A model generated the notes under the pieces. That model was not told the origin of the DNA. It searched no databases and saw nothing but the letters and a program-made list of their open reading frames with translations. From a bacterium (GTDB lineage: Bacteria; Patescibacteriota; Dojkabacteria; SC72), in NCBI GenBank assembly GCA_022840695.1, contig JALHDC010000001.1, forward strand, positions 84,456 through 148,455: a DNA stretch of 64,000 nucleotides. Direction: 5' to 3'. A program made the position numbers and the translations under genes. Numbering within the stretch: the stretch's first letter is position 1; each line of letters opens with the position of its first letter. Positions 30,107 through 39,066 of this stretch are shown one piece after another.

Positions 30107-30197
30107 ATATAGGCAGATTTTACTATTTTTCTTAGATAAAGTTTACCAGAATATTAAAGAAAGTTTTAGATGTATGATTATTGAGTTATAATTCACT

Positions 30198-30995
30198 ATG
30201 AAATACAGGCATGAAATATTCAAAAAACTACTAAAATTTCGTTCAAACATGAATCTATCTCTTTCTGAAAACGACATAAAATACATATGGGGAAAGAAAT
30301 TTCTAAAAGAAATTACTAAAGATTCAAAACTTCATATAAATAATAAATATGAAAATAATGAAGTAAATAGGAAAATCCAAATCTGTAAAAAACATATTAA
30401 TAAATTAAGAATATTTAATTGGGTCCAATTCATTGGAATATCAGGATCCGTAGCTGCAGGTTTTGCTAAAGAGGAAGATGACATTGATGTATTTGTAGTA
30501 GTGAGAGATGGAACCATATGGCTATACAGGGGATTAGTAGTTCTAAGAAATATATTCCATAACAGAATAAGAGCAAAAAGACATAAAAATGTAAAAGATA
30601 AACTATGTCTAAACTTCATATCAGAAGAAAGAGGTCTCAACTTTGAAAATGACATATTCAATTTCCACGAACTAATGTTCTTAATACCTGTATATAATGA
30701 AAAATATCTTAATTTCATATATTCACAAAATCCTTGGTTAGAAGAAGAGTATTATGTAAAAAAAGAAAACCTCCAATCCAAAATACTTCCAAAAAAAGAA
30801 ATAAACATAATTGTAAGAATATTTAACTATCTTGCCTTCGTATCTCAGATTATTTTTATGTCTATAGCAAGACACAGACCTGACATTAAAAATCTATCTG
30901 AAGACAACAAGAAGGGTAGGATACAATTCTTCGAAAAAGATTACAAAAAAGATATTCTCAAAAACTATTCAAAAGAATTTAAATCAATTAATTGA
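30198..30995 (+). CDS. Nucleotidyltransferase-fold protein (Pol-beta superfamily; KNTase/MNT-like)
   Basis: GISGSVAAGFAKEEDDIDVFVVV matches the G[S/G]…D.D nucleotidyltransferase signature, with a helical C-terminal domain. Divergent from the T4SS-like operon. Confidence 0.6.
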   Translation: MKYRHEIFKKLLKFRSNMNLSLSENDIKYIWGKKFLKEITKDSKLHINNKYENNEVNRKIQICKKHINKLRIFNWVQFIGISGSVAAGFAKEEDDIDVFVVVRDGTIWLYRGLVVLRNIFHNRIRAKRHKNVKDKLCLNFISEERGLNFENDIFNFHELMFLIPVYNEKYLNFIYSQNPWLEEEYYVKKENLQSKILPKKEINIIVRIFNYLAFVSQIIFMSIARHRPDIKNLSEDNKKGRIQFFEKDYKKDILKNYSKEFKSIN

Positions 30996-32008
30996 GCATT
31001 CTTTAGAACATTCTTTGGTAATTCTTTATAATTCACTATTGTTATAAATGTCTGTTGCTTCTTTAAAGACTCATCATTAAAGATTAATTCTGTATTCTTC
31101 TGATCTAACTCCGAAGAAATATCATCAAGAAGCAAAATAGGGTAGAAACCTAACTTCTTGGCTATGATTTCCTGCTTTTTAAATATTAATTGCCCAATTG
31201 CCAATCTCTTCTCTCCTCTAGAACCAAACTTCTTTATATCCATACCATTAATTAACTCCCAATCATCCCTATGTGGTCCTACATTTGTATAACCTGTTGC
31301 AATATCTCTCTTCTTTGAGGACTCCAAAGCATCCTCAAGTGCAATATCTTTATTAGATTTTACATAATTAACTTTTAAATGATCAAAACAAAGATCTTTA
31401 CATATATTTATTCTTCGCTCCTGAATATCCTTCGAAACAGACAAAAATTCATTTGTCCAGAAATTAAGTTGTGGATCATTTCTTGCAATAATTCCTCTCT
31501 CATAAAAATCTTTAGACAATTTTTTAAGATATGCATTTCTCTGCCTCAGAACTTTTCTAAATACCTTTAGTTTATTCGAAAACTCATAATCTATAATGAC
31601 TATAGCCTCATCTATAAACTGTCTACGATTACTAGGGGATATCATTAAAATTTCAATTTGTTCAGGATTGAATATAGTAGAAGCGGTTTTTTCAAAGAAT
31701 TTTCTAGGAGTAGTTTTATGATTATTTATCTGAAATACCCTTTTAGAGGCATTTTTGAAATATGAATATGTATCTTGATCTATTGTCATCTCTATTCTGG
31801 AAAACTTCTCCTCTCCATCTTGATTGTTTGAAATGTATTCATCTGAAGATGCCCATGGAGAAAACCCATTGGTTATTAAATATATCGCCTCTAATATACT
31901 ACTTTTTCCTTTTCCATTATCACCATGTAAAACAATAATATCTTTTTCGATATCTATCTCTATGTTCTTAAATCTTCTGAAATTTGTTAACTTTATCTTC
32001 TCTATCAT
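30965..32008 (-). CDS. recF: DNA replication and repair protein RecF
   Basis: IEKIKLTNFRRFKNIEIDI…LHGDNGKGKSSILEAIYLITNG (Walker A) and LLLDDISSELD (Walker B). Overlaps the lepA stop. Confidence 0.8.
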   Translation of the reverse strand: MIEKIKLTNFRRFKNIEIDIEKDIIVLHGDNGKGKSSILEAIYLITNGFSPWASSDEYISNNQDGEEKFSRIEMTIDQDTYSYFKNASKRVFQINNHKTTPRKFFEKTASTIFNPEQIEILMISPSNRRQFIDEAIVIIDYEFSNKLKVFRKVLRQRNAYLKKLSKDFYERGIIARNDPQLNFWTNEFLSVSKDIQERRINICKDLCFDHLKVNYVKSNKDIALEDALESSKKRDIATGYTNVGPHRDDWELINGMDIKKFGSRGEKRLAIGQLIFKKQEIIAKKLGFYPILLLDDISSELDQKNTELIFNDESLKKQQTFITIVNYKELPKNVLKNAQLIDLNSFE

Positions 32009-32009
32009 A

Positions 32010-33833
32010 CTAAGTCTTTAATATTGCTAAAAATGCTTCCTGTGGTAATGAAACCTGACCAACTTGTTTTAATCTCTTCTTTCCTTTTTTCTGTTTCTCT
32101 AGTAGCTTCTTTTTCCTTGAATAGTCACCTCCATACAGTTTTGCAGTTACATCTTTTCTAAAGGCTTTAACATCCTCTCTTGCAATGATTTTTGCTCCTA
32201 TGGAAGCTTGAATAGGTATCGGAAATTGTTGTCTTGGAATAGCTTTCTTCATCTCTTCTAATAATTTAACAGCCTTGCTTCTTGCCAATTCCCTTACCTC
32301 TAAAAAGTTAAGGGCACCAACCTCTTCGTGATTAACTAATACTGAAACTTTAACTACATCAGAAGGAAAAAAATCAATAAATTCATATTCCAGAGATGCA
32401 TATCCACTAGTAATATTTTTCATCTGATCAAAGAAGTTTGAGATTAATGAAGCTAACGGCATGTCATACTCCAGTATAATATATTGCTCTTTCATCTTAA
32501 TATTTTTTTCAGTACCTAAATATTTTGTATTCACATACTGACCTCTTTTTGTTTGACATAATTTCATTAAATCCCCAATATATTTATCTGGAGTGAGAAT
32601 CTCTGTTCTGACCCAAGGTTCTCGTATTTCTGAAATTTCTGTAGGATCGGGTAATTCATTAGGAGTTTGAACCTCTATCTCTTCTCCAGTTACTTTCTTA
32701 ACTCTGTATTCTACAGTTGGGGCTGTGATTATTAGACTTACATCGTATTCCCTCTCTAATCTTTCTTGGACAATTTCCATATGTAGCAATCCTAAAAACC
32801 CACATCTAAATCCAGATCCTAGCAAACTAGACCTCTGCTCTGTGAAGGTGAGGGAGGAATCATTAAGAGAAAGTTTCTTAAGTGCAACTCTTAGATCTTC
32901 GTAATATTCAGGATCTGTAGGGAAGAATGTTGCGAACATATTTGGTTTAGGAACTTTGTATCCATCAAGTGGTAGGGTATCTATTTTATTCGATACAGTA
33001 TCTCCTACTGTAAAATAACTAATATCTTTTAATCCTGTCGCTATGTATCCAACTTCCCCACATTTCAAAATATTTGTTTCTTTTAGATTTGGAGTAAATA
33101 TTCCAATTTCTGTTGGTCTAAAACTTTCTCCTCTTTGTATCATATAGAGGTTTGTTGGTTTGCCAGGGATGTGCTCTACTTGTCCATCAAAAACCCTAAC
33201 TGCAATTACGACACCCCTGTGCTCATCGTAGAAGGAATCAAATACTAGTGCTTTTAATGGCTTATTCTCTTCTCCTTCTGGAGCAGGGGATCTTGAAACA
33301 ATTGCATCTAAAAGCTGGTCTACATTTTCTCCTGTTTTTCCAGATACTTTTATAATTTCATCTTTAGAAAAACCGAGTAGACCTTCTATTTCTTTTTCTC
33401 TTTCCTCTATATTCACATATGGAATATCTATCTTATTTAATACCGGTATTATTTTAAGTCCCAAATCTAGTGCCTTTTTTGTGTTGGAAATTGTTTGAGC
33501 TTGTATTCCTTGACTTGCATCTACCAGAAGTATTGCAGACTCACAGGCAGCTAGTGATCTGGATACTTCGTAGGAAAAGTCTACATGTCCTGGAGTATCA
33601 ATTAGATTTAATTGGTATCCTTTCCAAATCATTCGGCAAGCCTGAAGCTTTATGGTTATACCTTTTTCTTGTTCAAGGTCTAGTCTATCTAGTACTCTCT
33701 CTTTTCGTTTCTCTCTAGATAGATCCGTATGGACTGCTTCTAGCATTCTGTCAGCTAGAGTAGATTTACCATGATCGATATGTGCGATTATGGAAAAATT
33801 TCTTATTTTGTTAATAGAATGGTCTTCTTGCAT
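32010..33833 (-). CDS. lepA: Elongation factor 4 (LepA)
   Basis: IRNFSIIAHIDHGKSTLADR, DTPGHVDF, NKID; 607 aa LepA architecture. Confidence 0.97.
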   Translation of the reverse strand: MQEDHSINKIRNFSIIAHIDHGKSTLADRMLEAVHTDLSREKRKERVLDRLDLEQEKGITIKLQACRMIWKGYQLNLIDTPGHVDFSYEVSRSLAACESAILLVDASQGIQAQTISNTKKALDLGLKIIPVLNKIDIPYVNIEEREKEIEGLLGFSKDEIIKVSGKTGENVDQLLDAIVSRSPAPEGEENKPLKALVFDSFYDEHRGVVIAVRVFDGQVEHIPGKPTNLYMIQRGESFRPTEIGIFTPNLKETNILKCGEVGYIATGLKDISYFTVGDTVSNKIDTLPLDGYKVPKPNMFATFFPTDPEYYEDLRVALKKLSLNDSSLTFTEQRSSLLGSGFRCGFLGLLHMEIVQERLEREYDVSLIITAPTVEYRVKKVTGEEIEVQTPNELPDPTEISEIREPWVRTEILTPDKYIGDLMKLCQTKRGQYVNTKYLGTEKNIKMKEQYIILEYDMPLASLISNFFDQMKNITSGYASLEYEFIDFFPSDVVKVSVLVNHEEVGALNFLEVRELARSKAVKLLEEMKKAIPRQQFPIPIQASIGAKIIAREDVKAFRKDVTAKLYGGDYSRKKKLLEKQKKGKKRLKQVGQVSLPQEAFLAILKT

Positions 33834-33948
33834 AAGGTGATTATATCCTAAGCAGACTTTAAGGAGTAGGGATATGCCTATAGAATATTAAGAATAAGTG
33901 AAAAACTATATATAGTGGTTGTCACATAGGGATTATTGACTACCTTTA

Positions 33949-33981
33949 ACGTAAGGGTAACGTAAGGGTAATGCAAGGGTT
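33949..33981. repeat. Tandem direct repeat, 11-bp unit ACGTAAGGGTA x2 plus a degenerate third copy
   Basis: acgtaagggta acgtaagggta atgcaagggtt, read directly. Lies in the intergenic region upstream of lepA on the minus strand. Confidence 0.6.
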
Positions 33982-34543
33982 AGATATCTTGTATTTTAAT
34001 ATCCATATCGTATTCCTCCGAGAATTGTACTCCCGAGAGATTCTCAATTGCTAGGAATACGGTTAATTTCTCGAAAGGTTGTATAGTAATTTCTTGTGTA
34101 TATGTATTTCCCTTACTATCCTGGAGTCTATATGATTTTTCATTAACTAGAAGAAATATGTTCGATTTTGTATTACTTAATGTCTGTCCTAAAAATGTTA
34201 ATTTGATTTCTGCATCATTTTTATTTTCTAATTCTATTATTGGTTTAGAGTAGTTATCTGAGGCTCTTTTGTTTAAGATTGCGGAGTATGTGTAATGTTC
34301 TTCATCTATCTTAGAAAGGTTTTCACTTGTAAAGACTTCGTGCTTACCTCCTACCAACGTAACTTTTACTCCATCTTGAGTGGTAACTCCCAATACATCT
34401 AGTTTCTTTAGCTGTTTTGTTAGTGGAGTCAGATTCATTACAGTTATGATTGGGATAATGAATAGGAGTGCCAATACACCTAAAGCAAAAGGTTCTAATA
34501 TTTGTGTAAATACTGTTTTTAAATTTTCTCTATTATTGGGCAT
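33980..34543 (-). CDS. Hypothetical membrane-anchored (secreted-domain) protein
   Basis: N-terminal TM FALGVLALLFIIPIITVM. No recognisable domain. Confidence 0.5.
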   Translation of the reverse strand: MPNNRENLKTVFTQILEPFALGVLALLFIIPIITVMNLTPLTKQLKKLDVLGVTTQDGVKVTLVGGKHEVFTSENLSKIDEEHYTYSAILNKRASDNYSKPIIELENKNDAEIKLTFLGQTLSNTKSNIFLLVNEKSYRLQDSKGNTYTQEITIQPFEKLTVFLAIENLSGVQFSEEYDMDIKIQDI

Positions 34544-34548
34544 AGCTA

Positions 34549-35097
34549 TTAATAATATCTGTTTTCCTTTGGATATATCTTATCAGTTTCTAATTCGAAT
34601 GTCTTCACTGTTCCCCATAGGCAGAAGAGTGATACAACTCCTGCAACTATGCCTGTCCATTGGTATGATATGTTTTGTAATGATTGGATAATTATTACTG
34701 CAGAGGAGATTATTAGGAAGGTACACCAGATAAATATTTGAAGAAATGTTGTGTCTTGTTTCGTTATCCATTTAAGTATATTTAGTTTTGTCATTTTCAC
34801 TACAGTTCTAGGATTTTGTAAGGAGGATTGATATATGGATGTCTTAATTATGAAATATATGGTTGGTAATGCTAGGATTATGAGCATTACAATATTTGAT
34901 ATGGAGTTAATGAATAGGGTAACATCGGGATTTGTAAAGAGTATTTGTATTGAAAACAATCCTTGTATATTGTTTTCAACAAAAAATTCCAAGTCATATA
35001 TAATACTTGGAATCATAATACCTAAGAACTTTCCAGCAATCATTAATATTGCTGGTGTTAACGATATTTTAAGAGCTCTTTTTAGCAGTTTTGACAT
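34549..35097 (-). CDS. Hypothetical polytopic membrane protein
   Basis: About 5 hydrophobic helices. The ORF-track start overlaps rpsT by 29 nt, so the true start may be internal. Confidence 0.45.
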   Translation of the reverse strand: MSKLLKRALKISLTPAILMIAGKFLGIMIPSIIYDLEFFVENNIQGLFSIQILFTNPDVTLFINSISNIVMLIILALPTIYFIIKTSIYQSSLQNPRTVVKMTKLNILKWITKQDTTFLQIFIWCTFLIISSAVIIIQSLQNISYQWTGIVAGVVSLFCLWGTVKTFELETDKIYPKENRYY

Positions 35098-35365
35098 TAT
35101 CTTGGGACAGAGTTTTTAATTTTTTTGTAAGGTGAGACTTTGTTCTAGCAGCCTTACCTTTGTTTATAACATTTTTTCTAGCAGCTTTGTCAAGAACTTT
35201 GTAAACATTTTTAATGTTTTTCTCTGCATCAGGTTTCTTTCCTTCTGTTACTAGAGAATTCTGTTTCTTAACAGCCTTTTTTATTCTATTTCTGAGTCTG
35301 TCGTTATAAACTTTTCTTCTTTTGTTCTGTCTTAGATCTTTTATAGATGTTTTTAAATTTGGCAT
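35069..35365 (-). CDS. rpsT: 30S ribosomal protein S20
   Basis: MPNLKTSIKDLRQNKRRKVYNDRLRNRIKKAVKK… is basic and helical with the S20 pattern. Confidence 0.9.
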   Translation of the reverse strand: MPNLKTSIKDLRQNKRRKVYNDRLRNRIKKAVKKQNSLVTEGKKPDAEKNIKNVYKVLDKAARKNVINKGKAARTKSHLTKKLKTLSQDNVKTAKKSS

Positions 35366-35457
35366 AAGAAGTTGTTAAATAAATGATTTCTAAGTCAAGG
35401 TATTATATATATTATACATTTATTTGTAAACATTATCTTTTGTGTTAAACTTGTATC

Positions 35458-35883
35458 ATGAGAGATGGTCAAAGATTAAAGATTTTTTTGAGTTTTATCT
35501 TTGTAATCTTAGTTTCAGTTTCAGCAGTAGTATATATATATTCAAGGGGCAAGAGAAATGCTGAAAAAGATTACAGTGAAGATGTTATGGGAGAAGAGGT
35601 TGTTTCTGGTGTTCCATATATAGTTACTCTTCCGCCTTTAGCTGCTTATGAAGGAGATGTTTATGAATACAGTATTCGTGTAGTTGATTCGGATACTAAG
35701 CAAGAGGACTTAACATTGGAATATTTGGAAGGACCTTCTTGGTTAGAGCTAAAGGATACGGTGTTGAGTGGTACAGTTCCATTGGGTAGTAGTGGAACCT
35801 ACAAGATTATTCTTAGGGTTTCAGATGGTTATAATACATCTTCTCAAGAGAATTATATTTTAATAGAGGAAAGAGATGATTAA
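35458..35883 (+). CDS. Small TM-anchored protein with cadherin-like/Ig-like (He_PIG-type) domain
   Basis: N-terminal TM, then PYIVTLPPLAAYEGDVYEYSIRVVDSD…GTYKIILRVSDGYN, which is typical of putative Ig (dystroglycan-type cadherin-like) domains. Confidence 0.5.
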   Translation: MRDGQRLKIFLSFIFVILVSVSAVVYIYSRGKRNAEKDYSEDVMGEEVVSGVPYIVTLPPLAAYEGDVYEYSIRVVDSDTKQEDLTLEYLEGPSWLELKDTVLSGTVPLGSSGTYKIILRVSDGYNTSSQENYILIEERDD

Positions 35884-36286
35884 GGGTAATGTTTTTTATA
35901 TTTTAGGAGTAGTAGGGATAGTTGTAGTTTCGATAACATCGATTCTTTTGTTGACTAAGAATGCTGTTGGTTTCGATGTTGTGGGAATATCTTCTAGAGA
36001 TTGTGTTCCTTATAATGTTTTTATACAAAAGGGAGAAAAAAATTATTCTGCAGAGGTATCTTGGTCGACAAAAGCAGAGTGTGTTGGATTTGTTCAGTAT
36101 GGAAGGGATAGGTATAACCTTGATATGGTAGCTGTTGATTTGATGAATAAGAGTAAGTCAAAAGTACACAAAGTTACTTTGGATCAATTGATGAGTACTG
36201 AAATTTATTATTTCTTAATTAACTCTCAAGATCAGCCTTACGGTAATGAGGGTGTTCCTTTGGAGTTTGTATTAGAGAATCTTTAG
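35876..36286 (+). CDS. Small TM-anchored protein with Fn3-like (purple-acid-phosphatase N-terminal-like) domain
   Basis: YSAEVSWSTKAECVGFVQYG…HKVTLDQLMSTEIYYF. Same motif family as the large surface proteins at 56710 and 61317. Overlaps the upstream gene by 8 nt. Confidence 0.5.
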   Translation: MIKGNVFYILGVVGIVVVSITSILLLTKNAVGFDVVGISSRDCVPYNVFIQKGEKNYSAEVSWSTKAECVGFVQYGRDRYNLDMVAVDLMNKSKSKVHKVTLDQLMSTEIYYFLINSQDQPYGNEGVPLEFVLENL

Positions 36287-36291
36287 CTTTC

Positions 36292-38052
36292 CTATTTCTT
36301 CCTTATCTTCTTTAGTATTTTTGCTTCGAAGTATTTCTTTGGATTGAATATTTTCCATGAAGCTATCTCAACTTCTTTGTATAGACCAGATTCTACAAGT
36401 TTTTGAATGGCAATCTGTCCAAGTGGTCTTGAATATATATACCATCCAACTATTAAAGTAATTAATCCTGCGACAATCTTGCCTAATACTGAATCAAATA
36501 ATCCCGTACTTGGTGTAGTAGGAGTAGTTGGAGTTTCTGTATCTGGAAGGTCAGGGTCACTACAATCTTGAGCAACTTGTATAACATATTCAGCTCTAAG
36601 AGATGTTGGATCTGCAGGTATTTCTTTTGGTGTAATGATTACTTCATTTTGGTTTGATCCTGATAGGGCATTGGCTCCTGCTTGTGATTGGAAAATGATG
36701 GTTAGTGATTGTCCTGCACTTATATCCCAGCCACCTTCTTTTTGCCATACTATCTCTTTGGTATCTCCTACATCGGTAACTGTTACATATTCTGAATCTG
36801 TTACAGAAACACCGTTTATCTTGGATGAGTTTGTAACATATGTAAATCCAAGTGGTAATTTATCTTTTATAGATGTAATGCTTTGTTGTTGAGAACTACC
36901 GTTAGTAGCTGTTAATGTAAACTGAGCAACATTGTCAGGAGCTACTCTTTCTATACATGTGACATTGGATGTTTTACTTACTTTAAAATCAGATTCCTCT
37001 GTAGTTTGATTTTCCTCTTCTGATTCAGAATCTATTTTAGGTAAATTAAATGATCCTTCTACAGAACCAATTACTCCGGTACTGCCTCTAACTTCAGCTG
37101 TTATATCAATTGAACCTTCCAATCCGTCTAATTGTGAGAAACTTTTCTCCGTTCCAAAATTATCAGGATTGTATAAATCTTGTTCTAGTATGGTTATCTC
37201 TCCCTTAGATGAATCTACTGTAAATCCATCACTCATGAGAAGATCCGTAAGATTTTCACTAAAAGAGAACCTTATCGTTAATTCTTCATCATCCGATACA
37301 TTTCCAATACCTATTCGTATTCTTGATACCTTGTATACATCTGTATCTTTTCTTGTTAACACCTGTATTTCACTAAGTGTAGATGTCCCACCTTGCTCTA
37401 TTTCAATAAGTCTTCTACACAAAGGAGAATTGATCTGTTCTCCATTACTGTCTATACCAGTAGCTACAATGCTAATAGTAGAGCCAGTTAATTCAGTTAT
37501 CTCTTTTTTAATAGTTAATTTGTCTGGAGATATTACATCAGGATCAGCATCTTGGTTGTTAATTACAAATTTATGATTGGTATATTCTTTCTCAAATTTT
37601 GCTTCCACAGTTAATTTGTCTGAAGAAGAAACTTTCCCTGTTACAATCTTTCCATTACCATCTTTTATTGTCATCTCTGCACATCTTTTATCCTGTACAG
37701 TTTGTAATTGACATATCTGAAATAGGTCTTGTTTAGTACTACTATTCAAAAGATTAACAGATAGATCACTGGTTGAGCATGATGCTCTACAAACCTGATC
37801 GCTTGATACTGTTGCAGTCTTAAAGAGGAATCCTCTTCTTGGATCTCCACATTCAGATATTACAGCGGGATCAATATAGTAACAGGCACAAGTAACTTGA
37901 GAAGTGGCATCTTCCTTACCAGTATCTCCTATGGCATAAAAATATATTGCTGTTGCGAGTAATCCTAAACCTAAGAGTCCTACAAATATGAGTAAGATTA
38001 TAGTTGTTCTTTTCGGTTTTCTAGTAGTAGTAACTCTTCGAACCTCTTCCAT
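36292..38052 (-). CDS. Surface protein (586 aa) with N-terminal TM anchor and C-terminal TPSTG + TM + tail
   Basis: N-terminal TM TIILLIFVGLLGLGLLATAIYFY. C-terminal …TETPTTPTTPSTGLFDSVLGKIVAGLITLIVGWYIY. Confidence 0.6.
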   Translation of the reverse strand: MEEVRRVTTTRKPKRTTIILLIFVGLLGLGLLATAIYFYAIGDTGKEDATSQVTCACYYIDPAVISECGDPRRGFLFKTATVSSDQVCRASCSTSDLSVNLLNSSTKQDLFQICQLQTVQDKRCAEMTIKDGNGKIVTGKVSSSDKLTVEAKFEKEYTNHKFVINNQDADPDVISPDKLTIKKEITELTGSTISIVATGIDSNGEQINSPLCRRLIEIEQGGTSTLSEIQVLTRKDTDVYKVSRIRIGIGNVSDDEELTIRFSFSENLTDLLMSDGFTVDSSKGEITILEQDLYNPDNFGTEKSFSQLDGLEGSIDITAEVRGSTGVIGSVEGSFNLPKIDSESEEENQTTEESDFKVSKTSNVTCIERVAPDNVAQFTLTATNGSSQQQSITSIKDKLPLGFTYVTNSSKINGVSVTDSEYVTVTDVGDTKEIVWQKEGGWDISAGQSLTIIFQSQAGANALSGSNQNEVIITPKEIPADPTSLRAEYVIQVAQDCSDPDLPDTETPTTPTTPSTGLFDSVLGKIVAGLITLIVGWYIYSRPLGQIAIQKLVESGLYKEVEIASWKIFNPKKYFEAKILKKIRKK

Positions 38053-38123
38053 AGAGGGCAGTCAAAAATTATTATATTACTAAAGTTTAATTAAATAGCG
38101 ATGTAGTGTCAATATGGAAAATT

Positions 38124-39065
38124 TTAAAGATAGGGGCATATCAATGTCAGCCCTAATTTTGCATCAACCTTACCTGTCTTTATTTGATAGTCCAGATTGG
38201 ATAATTTGGTGTAGAGTTTTATTAATTTTTCATTAGTATATTTCTGTGAAGACTTTACTAAAGCAGGAGTTGTAAATGGAGGAATTTTTAATATGGAAGA
38301 TATTTCTCTGTAATCTTTTCTTTTTCCTGAAAGAAATTTTGTTAAAGTTATCAATCTTAAATTTCTAACAAGCATAGATAGTATGTAATTTTCATCTACA
38401 GATTGTTTTGTTAATTTTTCTAATATTTCCATGCTAGTAACTCGATCTTCTTGATTTATGCTTTCTATTAAATCCCAAATATCTCTTTCTAATGTATCTG
38501 ATGTTAATTCTTCTAAATCTTCCCTTCTAATAACCATACTTGTACTATTTAACTTGAATTTCTTTATTTCATTCGCACATCTTTCTGGATCGTAATTAGT
38601 TCGTTCAGCCAATTCTTTTATAATTATTGGATCTATTTTAAGAGAATTTTTTTCTAATTCATCCCTTAACCATGAAAAAAAAGTTCTTTTGTTTAGTGCA
38701 TCTACTTCTTCTAAAGATTTATTCTCTTTGAAAAATTTATAATATTTTGTATTGGATTTTATCTTCTGATCTTCCCAAAATATTAATATATCATCACTAT
38801 TTTGATTCTTAAGAACGGAAAGTACTTCATCAATTAAAATAGATTTATCTTTGTTTCTATATATTCTTTTTAAAAAAAGTATTCTCTTTGTTGAGAAAAG
38901 GGAGGGAGAGGATATAGCATCCAAAACATCCTTTGTACTTTTATGATCGGCATCAAGTAGGATGAATGTGCTAGCAGGATGCTTCTTGTATAGCTCATCT
39001 ATATATTTATGTACTATCTCTAAGGAGAGATATGGTGATGTGCCGTGATATAGTTTGTATTCCAC
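38124..39065 (-). CDS. holA: DNA polymerase III subunit delta (HolA)-like
   Basis: 313 aa. The pattern …KRILFLKRIY… and …IIKELAERTNYDPERCANEIKKFKL resembles the HolA clamp-loader delta fold. Confidence 0.55.
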   Translation of the reverse strand: MEYKLYHGTSPYLSLEIVHKYIDELYKKHPASTFILLDADHKSTKDVLDAISSPSLFSTKRILFLKRIYRNKDKSILIDEVLSVLKNQNSDDILIFWEDQKIKSNTKYYKFFKENKSLEEVDALNKRTFFSWLRDELEKNSLKIDPIIIKELAERTNYDPERCANEIKKFKLNSTSMVIRREDLEELTSDTLERDIWDLIESINQEDRVTSMEILEKLTKQSVDENYILSMLVRNLRLITLTKFLSGKRKDYREISSILKIPPFTTPALVKSSQKYTNEKLIKLYTKLSNLDYQIKTGKVDAKLGLTLICPYL

Positions 39066-39066
39066 T

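Noticed and set aside
30198-30995. MNT/HEPN toxin-antitoxin pair
   Set aside because: The nucleotidyltransferase is 265 aa with its own C-terminal domain, and no adjacent small HEPN-like ORF exists on either side.
30965-32008. RecF-like ATPase next to a nucleotidyltransferase as a possible defence pair
   Set aside because: It has canonical RecF Walker A and B motifs and its ATG overlaps lepA. It is convergent with, not co-transcribed with, the nucleotidyltransferase, so a housekeeping recF is the simpler reading.
33949-33981. CRISPR array
   Set aside because: It is only an 11-bp unit repeated about 2.7 times with no spacers. No longer repeat-spacer arrays occur anywhere in the window.
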